From the NCBI GenBank assembly GCA_052087065.1, contig JBQGON010000001.1, positions 8,636-72,635 of the forward strand: a stretch of DNA of 64,000 nucleotides. The letters run 5' to 3'. The notes beneath the pieces were generated by a model. It ran no database searches. It was given only the letters and a program-made list of their open reading frames with translations, and had not been told where the DNA came from. Of the stretch, positions 10,445 to 21,116 are shown one piece after another (the first letter of the stretch is position 1; each line of letters opens with the position of its first letter). A program made the translations under genes and the position numbers. Source of the DNA: Vibrio sp. Its GTDB lineage: Bacteria; Pseudomonadota; Gammaproteobacteria; Enterobacterales; Vibrionaceae.

Positions 10445-11032
10445 TTAGAAGTAAGAGTGATCGCCTCGGGCGTGTTCTGTTGAGTCTTTAATCGCGCTAA
10501 GCTCACCAGCAAACTGTTCAAGTAGCTGTTTTTCGATACCATCTTTGAGGGTGATATCTACTTGAGAGCACCCATTACAGCCACCACCGAATTGAATGAT
10601 AGCGATGCCATCATCGGTGATTTCAAGCAAACTGATGTGGCCGCCGTGGCTTGCCAATTGTGGGTTTACTTGAGTTTGAATGGCATATTCTAAACGCTCG
10701 AGTAAAGGCGCATCATCAGCAACTTTACGCATTTTTGCGTTAGGCGCTTTCAGTGTAAGCTGAGATCCAAGCTTATCTGTGACGAAGTCAATTACTGCTT
10801 CCTCAAGGAAAGGCAAGCTTAATTCATCGACATAGGCAGAGAATTGCTCGAATGGGATCTCAGTGTCAGAGGCCTCGACAGCTTCTGGTGGACAGTAAGA
10901 GACACCGCACTCGGCATTTTGTGTTCCTGGATTAACCACAAACACACGAATGTTAGTTCCTTCTGGCTGTTGTCCCAGTAGTTTCCCAAAGTGATTTTGG
11001 GCTTCTTCTGTAATAGTAATAGTTTCTGACAC
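10445..11032 (-). CDS. nfuA: Fe-S biogenesis protein NfuA
   Basis: [16 protein letters not shown] and GGGCNGC motifs; GTG start at 11032 gives 195 aa. Confidence 0.95.
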   Translation of the reverse strand: MSETITITEEAQNHFGKLLGQQPEGTNIRVFVVNPGTQNAECGVSYCPPEAVEASDTEIPFEQFSAYVDELSLPFLEEAVIDFVTDKLGSQLTLKAPNAKMRKVADDAPLLERLEYAIQTQVNPQLASHGGHISLLEITDDGIAIIQFGGGCNGCSQVDITLKDGIEKQLLEQFAGELSAIKDSTEHARGDHSYF

Positions 11033-11126
11033 GACGAATACCTGAGTAAATTTGTAGGCTATTTGTCGATATTGTACTCTTGTCTTACGCATGATCCAGT
11101 CCTTTTTCTCGCACTTTTGTCGGCGA

Positions 11127-11837
11127 TCAAGCTTCACTGGACTCTGCCGTCCTGCATAAGCAGTAGATATCGATTTGGGTAACGCCAATGCCGGTGAGAA
11201 GGTGACATAACGGTTTTAAGGTACTACCGGTGGTTACTACATCATCTACTATCGCAACATGAGACCCCAATTCTTGAATCGGGGTAGTAAAGCTAAACGC
11301 GCCAGACAGGTTATGTCGCCTTTGGGTTTTATGAAGTCCTTTTTGTGGAATGGTGGCACGTTGCCGACGAAATAACGATGGCCAATATTGCACGTGTAAT
11401 TGTGTGGCGAGCTGGTCAGCGAGTCGATCACTTTGGTTGAAACCCCGCCATAGATAACGTTGCCAGTGCATCGGAACCGCGCATACGAGCGGGGCGGGAT
11501 GAGCAATAACGGAGGCTAATTGCTGAGCCAGCGGTTGGGCAAGCCAAAATTGGCGGCGATATTTCAGTTGATGGATGTAGTCATTCAGCGGATGGCGGTA
11601 GTCTCCGATACAATAAAGCGCATGCCAAGGGGGTGGATGTGTAAGGCAGCGACCACATTCGCGCATCGGTACAACGGTGGTTAATCCGCAGCGTTGACAA
11701 CGTGGCTGCGGAGTGAGTGCTAACTGACAAGCTGAGCACAGTGTCAGTGGTGTGCTGCAATCAAGCGATAAGCCACACTGGTGACAACATTGAGGCACTT
11801 GTCTTTTAATGTTTTTTTGCAACCAATTCGCTAACAT
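11127..11837 (-). CDS. comF: ComF/GntX family protein (Zn fingers + phosphoribosyltransferase fold)
   Basis: Four CxxC pairs, [19 protein letters not shown]; divergent from bioH. Confidence 0.9.
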   Translation of the reverse strand: MLANWLQKNIKRQVPQCCHQCGLSLDCSTPLTLCSACQLALTPQPRCQRCGLTTVVPMRECGRCLTHPPPWHALYCIGDYRHPLNDYIHQLKYRRQFWLAQPLAQQLASVIAHPAPLVCAVPMHWQRYLWRGFNQSDRLADQLATQLHVQYWPSLFRRQRATIPQKGLHKTQRRHNLSGAFSFTTPIQELGSHVAIVDDVVTTGSTLKPLCHLLTGIGVTQIDIYCLCRTAESSEA

Positions 11838-11922
11838 AGTCATCACGTTTATCATCCGCATCGTCATAGTATGGGTGCATATCTCTTAAGTAAGGGATGA
11901 AAAAAGTTGGAGAGGTTGTGAT

Positions 11923-12711
11923 ATGTCTTCACCATTATATTGGCAAACGTTTGGTGCCGGCCCTGATGTGGTATTTCTCCATGGCTGGGGCATGAATGGT
12001 GCCATTTGGCAGCAAACCGCTGAACAATTGAGTACACATTTTCGTGTGCATATTGTCGATCTGCCTGGCTACGGGCACAGCCATGAGGTCAGTGCGGGAG
12101 ATTTGTCTGCGATCGTTGGCAAGCTATTAGATCAAGCACCGCCGCGTGCGGTGTGGGTGGGGTGGTCGCTAGGTGGGCTGATTGCTTCTCATATGGCTGC
12201 AACCTATCCACAACGTGTCAGTCAATTAATTACCGTTGCCTCATCTCCTAAGTTTGCGGCGGAGCGCCCATGGCGAGGTATACAGCCTCAAGTCTTAGCC
12301 AGTTTTACTCAGCAGCTTCAAGACAACTTTGAAAAAACGATTGAACAGTTTATGGCGTTGCAGGTAATGGGGAGCCCATCGGCACGTGAGGATGTCAAAA
12401 GATTAAAGCAAGCCGTGCTCTCTCGGCCATTTCCTAATGAGCGTGCTCTGCATGAGGGTTTACAGTTGTTGGCTGAGTGCGATTTAAGACAACAACTGAC
12501 GGCAATACAGCAGCCATTCTTGCGGATGTATGGTCGGTTAGATGGGTTAGTTCCTGTTAAAGTGGCTCAGGATCTTGATATGACGCTGCCTGACAGTTCG
12601 AGTGTGATTATGACTCAATCTGCCCATGCTCCCTTCATTACTGAGCCGCATGCGTTTTGTCAGGAAGTGAGCAACTTTATCACGCGTTCTCTGCCGAACG
12701 GCACGAACTGA
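11923..12711 (+). CDS. bioH: Pimeloyl-ACP methyl ester esterase
   Basis: HGWGMNG, GWSLGG nucleophile elbow, HAPF catalytic His. Confidence 0.95.
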   Translation: MSSPLYWQTFGAGPDVVFLHGWGMNGAIWQQTAEQLSTHFRVHIVDLPGYGHSHEVSAGDLSAIVGKLLDQAPPRAVWVGWSLGGLIASHMAATYPQRVSQLITVASSPKFAAERPWRGIQPQVLASFTQQLQDNFEKTIEQFMALQVMGSPSAREDVKRLKQAVLSRPFPNERALHEGLQLLAECDLRQQLTAIQQPFLRMYGRLDGLVPVKVAQDLDMTLPDSSSVIMTQSAHAPFITEPHAFCQEVSNFITRSLPNGTN

Positions 12712-12828
12712 CAAATTATTTGCGCATTAATGCTTATTATTTTATCGGCTTGGCCGATACAAGTAATACCTCAATAGACTTAGAGGCTCTAGGTTTATTG
12801 AGTCGGGCGAAACTTGGAGGATATTGCC

Positions 12829-13302
12829 ATGGTTGTGTCACCGACCAATGTCAGTGTGCCACTGATCGCCCCATCAGTGAATGTGCAAACAGAGCAAGTT
12901 GCGCGAGATAATCGTGCTAAGGAGCCTGTGAAAGCCACTGAAGAAATGGCTAGAGCAGCAGCTGAACGTAAGTTGAAAGAGGATGACAAACGTCGTCAGC
13001 AATCGGCTTGGGATCCGTCTGAGCATCCGGGGTACGACCATTCGCATGAAGAATCAGCGTATGAAAAGTCGGCTCACGATCCTCAGGTCAGTGACTTAGA
13101 GCGATTGTTCGAGTTGTTATCTTTGGCGTCTTACAGTGAAAGTCAGGGAAAAGGGTATGCGATGCGTTTCCGTCTTCCTCGGCGCATTATTGATGCGGTG
13201 ATCTCTGAAGGAGAAATGGCGCATAGAAGAACTGTGATTAAGTTTCATTATGGTCACTCTATCGCTCCCAATACACCTTCTGAAGTGATAGCCATCTTGT
13301 AG
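12829..13302 (+). CDS. Conserved hypothetical protein
   Basis: GGAGG RBS then ATG at 12829; charged coiled region; followed by a terminator; no catalytic motif recognised. Confidence 0.75.
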   Translation: MVVSPTNVSVPLIAPSVNVQTEQVARDNRAKEPVKATEEMARAAAERKLKEDDKRRQQSAWDPSEHPGYDHSHEESAYEKSAHDPQVSDLERLFELLSLASYSESQGKGYAMRFRLPRRIIDAVISEGEMAHRRTVIKFHYGHSIAPNTPSEVIAIL

Positions 13303-13343
13303 CAGTCTTAAGAGGTCAGCCTCCTTAGATAAAGACGGCATAT

Positions 13344-13376
13344 AAAAACCCCCACAGCGATGTGGGGGATTTTTTT
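13344..13376. terminator. Bidirectional terminator between the hypothetical gene and tex
   Basis: AAAAACCCCCACA-gcga-TGTGGGGGATTTTTTT. Confidence 0.8.
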
Positions 13377-13381
13377 ATCGG

Positions 13382-15703
13382 TTAGCGTTTGGCTTTGGCA
13401 AATGCGGCCGCAAATGCCCCGCCCATGGCACCGTTCGTGTCCTCGGTTTTTTGCGAGGTACGCTTGGTTTTTGGTTTTGCCGCGGGTTGGGAAGTGTTAT
13501 GACTGCGGCTAGCTCGATTATCTTGACCGGGTTCATCGGATAAACGCATGGATAAACCAATACGCTTACGTTGAATATCAACTTCCATTATTTTTACTTT
13601 GACGATATCACCCGCTTTGACCACTTCACGAGGGGCGGAGACAAAGCGATCCGTCAGCGCTGAAATATGTACCAAGCCATCTTGGTGGACACCAATATCG
13701 ACAAAGGCGCCGAAATTCGCCACATTTGAGACGACGCCTTCTAGAATCATCCCAGGTTCAAGATCAGACACTTCGGTAATGCCATCGGCAAACGTTGCGG
13801 TTTTAAATTCAGGGCGAGGGTCTCGTCCTGGCTTATCCAATTCTTTAATGATATCGGTCACCGTAGGTACACCGAAGTTTTCATCGGTATAGTCTGAGGC
13901 TTGTAAACCACGTAAGAATTCCGTATTGCCAATCAGTGTTTGAATCTTCTGCTGATTTTTTTCTGCAATGGTTTTAACCACTGGGTAGGCTTCAGGGTGC
14001 ACGGCCGACGCATCTAATGGGTTTTTACCATTCATGATCCGTAAGAAACCGGCACATTGTTCAAAGGCTTTGGGCCCTAAACGCGCGACTTTCTTCAGTT
14101 CAGTGCGTGCATTGAAACGGCCATTGTCATCACGGTATTTCACTATGTTGTCGGCCAATGTTGTCGATAAGCCAGCAACCCGCGTCAATAAGGCAGCGGA
14201 CGCCATATTGAGATCGACGCCGACCGCATTCACACAGTCTTCGACCACCGCATCAAGACGTTTCGACAACCAAGACTGGCTCACATCGTGCTGGTATTGA
14301 CCGACACCGATCGATTTAGGATCAATTTTTACCAGTTCAGCCAGTGGGTCTTGTAGGCGGCGAGCGATAGACACCGCGCCACGCAGTGAGACATCCATAT
14401 TAGGAAACTCGTTGGCCGCCAACTCTGATGCTGAGTATACCGAGGCTCCGGCTTCACTGACCGTGATTTTCTGGACATTGAGATGTGCGCGTTTGATTAA
14501 GTCAGCCGCAAACGCATCGGTTTCGCGTGATGCGGTGCCATTGCCAATTGCGATTAAGTCCACATCATGACGTTTGATAAGCTCTGTCACCGAGTGCATG
14601 GCTTTATCGTATTGCTTTTGTGGCTGATGCGGGTAAATCGTATCGGTTGCCAGTACTTTACCTGTGGCGTCAACCACAGCAACTTTACATCCGGTACGTA
14701 ATCCAGGATCTAACCCGAGCGTCGCCTTAGGGCCTGCGGGAGCGGCCATCAGCAAATCTTTTAAGTTGGTGGCGAAAACATCAATAGCTTCGATTTCCGC
14801 CCGTTCTTTCATCGCGCCCATCAACTCAGTTTCCATGTGCATGGCAATCTTAATGCGCCATGCCCAACTAATGACTTGCTTACGCCATGCATCCGCAGGC
14901 GCATTATTGAGATGAATGCGATAGTGATTGGTAATGAGCTCTTCACAGTGTGATTGGCGGACTGAATCTTCTTGACCCGGATCGGCATTCATACTTAATG
15001 ATAGAAACCCTTCATTTCGACCGCGCAACATAGCTAGAGCTCGATGTGATGGAACTTTAGCGATGGCTTCATTGTGCTCGAAATAATCTTTAAATTTTTC
15101 TCCAGCCACTTCTTTACCAGCAATCACTCGGGAAACCAACTCAGCGTTGCGATTGAGGTAGTGACGAATTTTTTCCAGTAGATCGGCGTCTTCTGCAATA
15201 CGTTCCATCATAATAGAACGTGCACCATCTAGCGCGGCTTTGGTGTCGTCAATCTTATGTTCAGGATTAAGGTAACGCTGCGCTTCGCTGTCTGGATCCG
15301 TATCTGGTGTTTGCCATAGGGTTAGAGCAAGAGGCTCTAAGCCAGCTTCGATAGCAATTTGACCTTTGGTGCGACGTTTTGGCTTGTAGGGTAAATAAAG
15401 GTCTTCGAGACGCGTCTTACTATCTGCGGTTTGAATGGCTTCGGTTAATTCTGGCGTCAACTTACCTTGATCATCAATGGATTTAAGAATCGTTTGGCGA
15501 CGCTCGTCCAATTCACGCAAATACGTTAGACGACTATCCAAGTTACGTAGTTGGGTATCATCAAGACCGCCTGTCGCTTCTTTGCGATAACGTGCAATAA
15601 ACGGAACGGTGTTACCGTCATCAATTAAGGTTACGGCTGCATTGACTTGCTCGGTGCGAACATTGAGTTCTTCGGCAATCAACTGACAGATAGCTTTGCT
15701 CAT
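13382..15703 (-). CDS. tex: Tex/YhgF transcription accessory protein (S1 RNA-binding)
   Basis: [39 protein letters not shown]-terminal S1 domain ([18 protein letters not shown]). Confidence 0.95.
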   Translation of the reverse strand: MSKAICQLIAEELNVRTEQVNAAVTLIDDGNTVPFIARYRKEATGGLDDTQLRNLDSRLTYLRELDERRQTILKSIDDQGKLTPELTEAIQTADSKTRLEDLYLPYKPKRRTKGQIAIEAGLEPLALTLWQTPDTDPDSEAQRYLNPEHKIDDTKAALDGARSIMMERIAEDADLLEKIRHYLNRNAELVSRVIAGKEVAGEKFKDYFEHNEAIAKVPSHRALAMLRGRNEGFLSLSMNADPGQEDSVRQSHCEELITNHYRIHLNNAPADAWRKQVISWAWRIKIAMHMETELMGAMKERAEIEAIDVFATNLKDLLMAAPAGPKATLGLDPGLRTGCKVAVVDATGKVLATDTIYPHQPQKQYDKAMHSVTELIKRHDVDLIAIGNGTASRETDAFAADLIKRAHLNVQKITVSEAGASVYSASELAANEFPNMDVSLRGAVSIARRLQDPLAELVKIDPKSIGVGQYQHDVSQSWLSKRLDAVVEDCVNAVGVDLNMASAALLTRVAGLSTTLADNIVKYRDDNGRFNARTELKKVARLGPKAFEQCAGFLRIMNGKNPLDASAVHPEAYPVVKTIAEKNQQKIQTLIGNTEFLRGLQASDYTDENFGVPTVTDIIKELDKPGRDPRPEFKTATFADGITEVSDLEPGMILEGVVSNVANFGAFVDIGVHQDGLVHISALTDRFVSAPREVVKAGDIVKVKIMEVDIQRKRIGLSMRLSDEPGQDNRASRSHNTSQPAAKPKTKRTSQKTEDTNGAMGGAFAAAFAKAKR

Positions 15704-15740
15704 CCGTGTCACTCTTTATTTTTTGAAATTCAGCTCTATT

Positions 15741-15768
15741 TATGGGGGGGGTAAGCACGATTTTCTAG
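15741..15768 (-). promoter_or_regulatory. Putative sigma32-type promoter of tex
   Basis: Minus strand CTAGAA-N15-CCCCATA versus the RpoH consensus CTTGAA-N13-17-CCCCATnT. Confidence 0.4.
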
Positions 15769-15861
15769 AGTAGACCGCTGACTTTCTATGATTTTGTGTA
15801 GTTAAACCCAATTTTTTTTGGTTTTGCTGTCACTGGAGCAACGTTTCCCTGCCAAATTGTC

Positions 15862-17229
15862 TTAACGAGGCGTCATTATATTCAGTTCAGTGAGCGTCAC
15901 CGTTAACCCGTTGGGAACTGCATTGGCGATGTCTAAATGCCCGCCGTGTATTTCCGCGACTTGCTTTACGATGGCTAAGCCTAAACCAAACCCCTGCTTT
16001 GAACGATCAAGCCGTACTTTTCTTTCTACCATTGAATGGAGCGCTTGTTCATTGACCCCATGACCTTGGTCGGTAACAGAGATGGCTATCGTTTGGCCAT
16101 CGCTCGTTAATTGAACGATTATCTCTCCTTCGCTATGCGCTGGTTTGCCATATTTCAGAGAGTTTTCAATTAGGTTGAGTAGCGCACTTTGCAACAAGGT
16201 TTCATCGACGTCACATTGAGCCGATACCACGTCGGTTTCAAACGCGATGGATTGGCCTTGATTAAACACCATTGGCGCATGTTTTTGACAGAGACTTCGG
16301 CAAAACTCAACGATATCCACTTCGGTCCAGTAGGTATTCGACACGGTGCTATTTTGTATTTTGGCATAATGGAGCATTTGTTCGGTTAAACGCGTCATTA
16401 AGGCAATGTTTTGCTCCAGCCCCGCGAGTTCCTCAGGTTGCGCGCCGCGGTGATACATATCGAGCTGCATTTTCATTTCGGCGAGCGGAGTTCTCAGTTG
16501 ATGAGAAAGGTCGGAATTAAAGTTGTGGCTGATCTCGATACTTTTTTGCAGCCTTGCCATCAGGTTGTTGAGAGATTGAACCAGCGCTTCAACTTCGGGC
16601 GGGACGTTGGTATCAATCGGATTTAAGTTAGTTTCTGAGCGCAAGCGAATTTCTTGCTGAAGTTGATTAAGAGGTTTGAGTCCTTTACGTACAATGAAGG
16701 CGACCAAGATGAGCGTCCCAATACAGGTGAATAAAGCGACCAAAATGATTTGTTGCTTTAATCCCGATAGGGTCGCATGTCGTCCTTGCTTCGATTCCGC
16801 AATCACAATAATCGCATCGCCTATGGTTGTGCGAGCGGTATATTGAGCCGCGCGCAGCTCTGTCCCTGAGTAGACCGTATTGTAGAGTACGATGGATTGT
16901 TCTTTTAGGTTAGGGGCGAGAGGCAACCCTTCGAATCCCGCCAGAAGAGCGCCATTCGGGGCAATGATGCGGTAGAAAATTTTCTCACTTCTGACATCAC
17001 TTAAAGTGTCGATGGAGAAGTAATCCATATCGAGATGTATTTTATTATCTTTGACGACGAGTTTGTCATCGATTTTTTTGGTGACGGCAATCAGCATATT
17101 GTCGTAAAGACGTTCCGATTTTTCTTCCAATACCCAAGTGTTGATAAAAAAGATGAATAACGTGAGTAAGATAAGCGCACTGGCGATCGCAAAATATAAA
17201 CGCTGTGAGAGCGATTGCAGATTAATCAC
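15862..17229 (-). CDS. tctE: TctE-like sensor histidine kinase
   Basis: N-terminal TM + 2CSK_N-like domain (LYDNML...IFYRIIAPNGALLAG), HAMP, H-box DLSHQLRTPL, NLIENSLKY, G-box GFGLGLAIV; GTG start overlaps the regulator stop. Confidence 0.85.
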   Translation of the reverse strand: MINLQSLSQRLYFAIASALILLTLFIFFINTWVLEEKSERLYDNMLIAVTKKIDDKLVVKDNKIHLDMDYFSIDTLSDVRSEKIFYRIIAPNGALLAGFEGLPLAPNLKEQSIVLYNTVYSGTELRAAQYTARTTIGDAIIVIAESKQGRHATLSGLKQQIILVALFTCIGTLILVAFIVRKGLKPLNQLQQEIRLRSETNLNPIDTNVPPEVEALVQSLNNLMARLQKSIEISHNFNSDLSHQLRTPLAEMKMQLDMYHRGAQPEELAGLEQNIALMTRLTEQMLHYAKIQNSTVSNTYWTEVDIVEFCRSLCQKHAPMVFNQGQSIAFETDVVSAQCDVDETLLQSALLNLIENSLKYGKPAHSEGEIIVQLTSDGQTIAISVTDQGHGVNEQALHSMVERKVRLDRSKQGFGLGLAIVKQVAEIHGGHLDIANAVPNGLTVTLTELNIMTPR

Positions 17230-17893
17230 TGTTCGGTTTTCCCAGCATATAACCCAATCCTCTGACGGTGCGAATATTAAGATCGGGCATAAATTTTTTG
17301 CGAAGACGCGAGATATAGGTCTCGATGGCTGTTTCGCTGAGTTCATCCTCAAACGAGGAGATATGTTGGACAATTTGTGGCTTGCTCACCACGCGCTCCA
17401 CATTCGCGAGTAAATATTCCAACACGGAAATCTCACGGCGATGCAGCACGACATCTTGACCATAGAACGTAATTTTTTTACTGGTGATGTCAAAGGTCAG
17501 TTGACCATGTTCGATAACGTTACTGACCCGTGATGTCACCCGTCGCAACAATGCATGGACTCTCGCCACCACTTCTTCTGGCTCAAAAGGTTTACACAGA
17601 TAATCATCTGCGCCTTCATTTAACCCTAAAATTCGCTCCTCGAGCGTCGCGCGCGCTGAAATAATTAAGACCGGCAGATTCCTTTTCGTCTGGCGAAACT
17701 CGCGAAGGATGTGTAGCCCATCACAGTCTGGTAGTCCTAAATCGAGCAATAGGAGATCAAACTGCTGTGTTTGGATGGCATGCAACGCTTGTTCACCAGA
17801 ATGAAACAAATCGACTGCAAACCCTTTACTTGAAAGGATTTTTTTTAAACCTTCAGCGATAACAACACTGTCTTCGACGATTAATATGCGCAT
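17222..17893 (-). CDS. tctD: TctD-like OmpR-family response regulator
   Basis: MRILIVED, LLDLGLPD, GADDYLCKPF, winged helix IRTVRGLGY; coupled to the kinase and divergent from tctC. Confidence 0.85.
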   Translation of the reverse strand: MRILIVEDSVVIAEGLKKILSSKGFAVDLFHSGEQALHAIQTQQFDLLLLDLGLPDCDGLHILREFRQTKRNLPVLIISARATLEERILGLNEGADDYLCKPFEPEEVVARVHALLRRVTSRVSNVIEHGQLTFDITSKKITFYGQDVVLHRREISVLEYLLANVERVVSKPQIVQHISSFEDELSETAIETYISRLRKKFMPDLNIRTVRGLGYMLGKPNSD

Positions 17894-17927
17894 GACTTAC
17901 TTCAAAAAATTGATTTAAAAACGCGAG

Positions 17928-17956
17928 CCTGTCATCGGTGCAAGGTTAATGACAGG
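17928..17956. promoter_or_regulatory. Inverted repeat in the tctD/tctC divergent promoter region (candidate operator)
   Basis: CCTGTCAT-N13-ATGACAGG. Confidence 0.4.
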
Positions 17957-18026
17957 GAGTATGGTTAGGGTACAAATTGTAAACAAAAAGTTAATACAAA
18001 TATAATTAAAACTAAGGAATGGTAAA

Positions 18027-19022
18027 ATGAATACGCTTAACAAGACAATGCTAAGGCTCTCAGCTGTGACAGGGCTAACACTCTCTATGCTACTCCCGCA
18101 CACCGCGCTTGCGGATAATTACCCCAAAAAACCAGTGAATGTTGTCGTCGGTTTTGGTGTTGGTGGAAGCGCTGACCGTATGACGCGAACTATGTCGACC
18201 TATTTAGCCGAAGAGTTAGGTCAACCGGTTAAGATCATTAACAAAAAAGGGGCTGGAACACAGATTGCGGCGAATTATGTACTGAATCGTCGTGATGATG
18301 GTTATACCGTCTTTGCCTCTACGTTTGCACCTTATATGTCTAATACTATTTTAAAAGGTAACGCGAGTTATACCATCAATGACTTCTCTTATATTAACTT
18401 TCAATGGTTTGACTTTGAGTTGATCGCAGTGAATAAAGACAGTGCTTACAAAGATTTGCCAAGCCTATTAAAGGCGATTAAGGAAAAACCCAAGTCCATT
18501 AAAGCCGCTGTTGTACAAGGCGCCGGGGGGCATCTGATGACCAAACTGCTGCTTAATAACTATGGCATCCCACAAGAAAATCTTAACCTTGTTACCTTCA
18601 ATAGTGGGGGTAAAGCTCGCTCTGCGGTCGCTGGCGGACAGGTGGATTTCACCATTATAAGCGCGCAGGGCAGTGAAGGGATTCGAGAGTTTATCCGACC
18701 ACTTGCTGTGGTTCGCGATAAGCGCAGCGAGCGTTGGGATGCGCCAACCGTCAATGATGCTCTTAAACCATTAGACTTTACGGTTCCTGTGTTAACTGGC
18801 TCGATGCGAGGCTTTGCGGTCACTCATGCTTTCAAGGAAAAATACCCAGAACGCTACGCCAAATTGACGCACGTATTCGAAAATACGCTAGCTCGGCATG
18901 ATGTACAAAAGTTACTGAAATCGAATGAGATTGGTGGTGTATGGGTCGGTCCTGAACGCTCTAAAGAATTGATGAAAGAGAATTACGAGACCTTCAAAAA
19001 ATACAAATATCTACTCAACTAA
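18027..19022 (+). CDS. tctC: Tripartite tricarboxylate transporter substrate-binding protein (TctC/Bug family)
   Basis: Signal peptide ending ALA, YPKKPVNVVVGFGVGGSAD, DDGYT, AVAGGQVD motifs. Confidence 0.9.
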   Translation: MNTLNKTMLRLSAVTGLTLSMLLPHTALADNYPKKPVNVVVGFGVGGSADRMTRTMSTYLAEELGQPVKIINKKGAGTQIAANYVLNRRDDGYTVFASTFAPYMSNTILKGNASYTINDFSYINFQWFDFELIAVNKDSAYKDLPSLLKAIKEKPKSIKAAVVQGAGGHLMTKLLLNNYGIPQENLNLVTFNSGGKARSAVAGGQVDFTIISAQGSEGIREFIRPLAVVRDKRSERWDAPTVNDALKPLDFTVPVLTGSMRGFAVTHAFKEKYPERYAKLTHVFENTLARHDVQKLLKSNEIGGVWVGPERSKELMKENYETFKKYKYLLN

Positions 19023-19033
19023 CCCTTTCTATC

Positions 19034-19063
19034 GCTGACTAGTGCGGCACGAGGCTAGTCAGC
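19034..19063 (+). other. Stem-loop between tctC and tctB
   Basis: GCTGACTAG-N12-CTAGTCAGC. Confidence 0.55.
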
Positions 19064-19087
19064 AATTTCAGATTTTTGGAGTTCTTT

Positions 19088-19561
19088 ATGAGATTGTTCA
19101 ATCAACGATCGGCCGACGCCTGCGTGGTTATCGTATTGGCCTTGTTTGTGTGTTGGTACTCTTGGGATGCTTATCAAGCGTCGCCTGCCATTGAAAACCT
19201 GATTCTAATTGCGCCAGTCGCACTGATTGCGCTTACCTTGTGTGTTATCGAGCTGATTCGCCAAGTAATTGCTAAGCCCGAGGTTGTCATCCAAGAGGAT
19301 GCCGTGCCGAAGGAGCAACATAGCATCAAATCCGAACTGCCGATTATTGGTTTGTTTACGGTGTATGTGTTGTCTTTGGAAACCATTGGGTTTGATATCG
19401 CAACAGCATTATTTGTGGGGTTGTTCCTGTGGGTACAAAAGGAACGCCGTGTAGTGTGGTTGATTGGTTATAGCGTTGCGTTTGCCCTGTTGATGTCGAC
19501 ATTTTTCGCGCAGATGCTGCCATATCCAATGCCAATGACTTTACTTCCCACTGAGTACTAG
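19088..19561 (+). CDS. tctB: TTT small permease subunit (TctB family)
   Basis: About four TM helices, LETIGFDIATALF motif, C-terminal F...L.YPMP; lies between tctC and tctA. Confidence 0.82.
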   Translation: MRLFNQRSADACVVIVLALFVCWYSWDAYQASPAIENLILIAPVALIALTLCVIELIRQVIAKPEVVIQEDAVPKEQHSIKSELPIIGLFTVYVLSLETIGFDIATALFVGLFLWVQKERRVVWLIGYSVAFALLMSTFFAQMLPYPMPMTLLPTEY

Positions 19562-19570
19562 GAGAACAGA

Positions 19571-21079
19571 ATGTTAGATTTTTCCGCAATTACTGCCGGA
19601 GCTGATTTGCTTTTCTCTTCGGTAGGACCTTGGCTGTACGTCTTCCCCGGCATTATTATTGGTTTGGTGTTTGGTGCGATTCCTGGCTTACAGATTTCGA
19701 TGGCGATGGCGATATTTTTGCCTGCTACTCTCTACATGAGCTTTTTAGAAGCGATGTTGTTTTTAACGGCCATTTTTACTGGTGGCTCTTTTGGCAGCGG
19801 GATTCCTGCGATTTTAATGAATATACCGGGCACCTCGTCTGCCATCGCGACCGCTTTTGATGGTTACCCGATGGCAAGGAAAGGCGAGCACAATAAGGCA
19901 CTGGGTATCGCTCTAGGGTCTTCGTGTTTCGGTGTGCTGTTTGGCTACATTATTCTGTTCTTACTCATTCAACCGATTTCGGGACTCGTCTTGAAATTAG
20001 GCCCATCTGAAATGCTGATGGTCATTTTTTGGGGAATAACACTGATTGCGAGCCTGAAGGGCGACGCTATGCTCAAGGGGTTGATCTCTGGGATGGTGGG
20101 GTTGCTTATTGGAACCATCGGCTTTAGTGAAGTTGGAGTGGCTCGAGGAACGTTAGGCAATGAATATTTGCTCGATGGTGTGCCAGTCATTCCCGCGATG
20201 ATGGGGATGTTTGCCGCTTCTGAGCTGTTTAAACTTGTCAATACCAACTATTTGGTCGCCGATGAATCAGCGCGTAAAGTGAGTATTCGAGAGATTCTTG
20301 GCGGAGTAAAACATGCGTTTAAGCATCCGAAAGTGATGTTACGAGGCAGTTTGATTGGAGTGTTTGTCGGAGCTGTCCCAGGGGTGGGTTCATCGGTTTC
20401 GAACCTTTTGTCTTATATTGAAACGAAGCGTCGAGACAAGGATCCGGAAAGTTATGGGAAAGGCAATCCTAAAGGCGTGGTTGCTGCCGAGTCCGCCAAC
20501 TCAACCTCTGAAGCAGGCTCGATGGCTACGCTGCTGGCGTTAGGTATTCCCGGTGGCGGTGCCACAGCGGTGATGCTCGCAGCCTTCGCGATGCATAATA
20601 TTACGGGTGGGCCCCAATTTATTCGTGAACAGACTGATATCGTTTATGCCATCATTCTGGCGAACTTTGGGCAGGTGGTTTTACTCATCGCACTTGGATT
20701 GATGTTTATTCCGTTATTAGCGAATGTGGTAAAAGTGCCAATGAACATTCTCATCCCATCGGTACTGTCGATGGCCGTGTTTGGTTCGTTTGGTTTAACG
20801 GGAAATATTTCTGGCCCTATTGCGGTGCTTGTTTTCGCGATTGTCGGCTGGGTGTTTACTCATCTTAATTATTCTGTCCCTGCTGCTGTGATTGGCATTT
20901 TATTAGGGGGAATGGCGGAGAGTAATTTTCTTCACACCTATCAGATCAGTGGCGGTGAAATCAGTTATATTTTTGAACGACCAATTACGCTACTGATTAT
21001 CGGCTTGTTATTACTGTCACTGTTTGGCTCAAAAGTGACAGGACTGCTCAATAAGCGTGCAGTGAAAACAATCAATTAG
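19571..21079 (+). CDS. tctA: TTT large permease subunit (TctA family)
   Basis: GAIPGL, ILMNIPGTSSAIATAFDGYPMA, GVVAAESAN, LALGIPG motifs. Confidence 0.93.
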   Translation: MLDFSAITAGADLLFSSVGPWLYVFPGIIIGLVFGAIPGLQISMAMAIFLPATLYMSFLEAMLFLTAIFTGGSFGSGIPAILMNIPGTSSAIATAFDGYPMARKGEHNKALGIALGSSCFGVLFGYIILFLLIQPISGLVLKLGPSEMLMVIFWGITLIASLKGDAMLKGLISGMVGLLIGTIGFSEVGVARGTLGNEYLLDGVPVIPAMMGMFAASELFKLVNTNYLVADESARKVSIREILGGVKHAFKHPKVMLRGSLIGVFVGAVPGVGSSVSNLLSYIETKRRDKDPESYGKGNPKGVVAAESANSTSEAGSMATLLALGIPGGGATAVMLAAFAMHNITGGPQFIREQTDIVYAIILANFGQVVLLIALGLMFIPLLANVVKVPMNILIPSVLSMAVFGSFGLTGNISGPIAVLVFAIVGWVFTHLNYSVPAAVIGILLGGMAESNFLHTYQISGGEISYIFERPITLLIIGLLLLSLFGSKVTGLLNKRAVKTIN

Positions 21080-21116
21080 TCCACCTTGCAAGTGGTCTGT
21101 ATCGTGACTTACTGCC

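Noticed and set aside
11033-11188. Long N-terminal extensions in the ORF track (nfuA, also gspH 3598, tctE 17373, metB, glpX, gmk, MATE)
   Set aside because: They overlap neighbouring genes or promoters; downstream starts give family-typical lengths and N-termini
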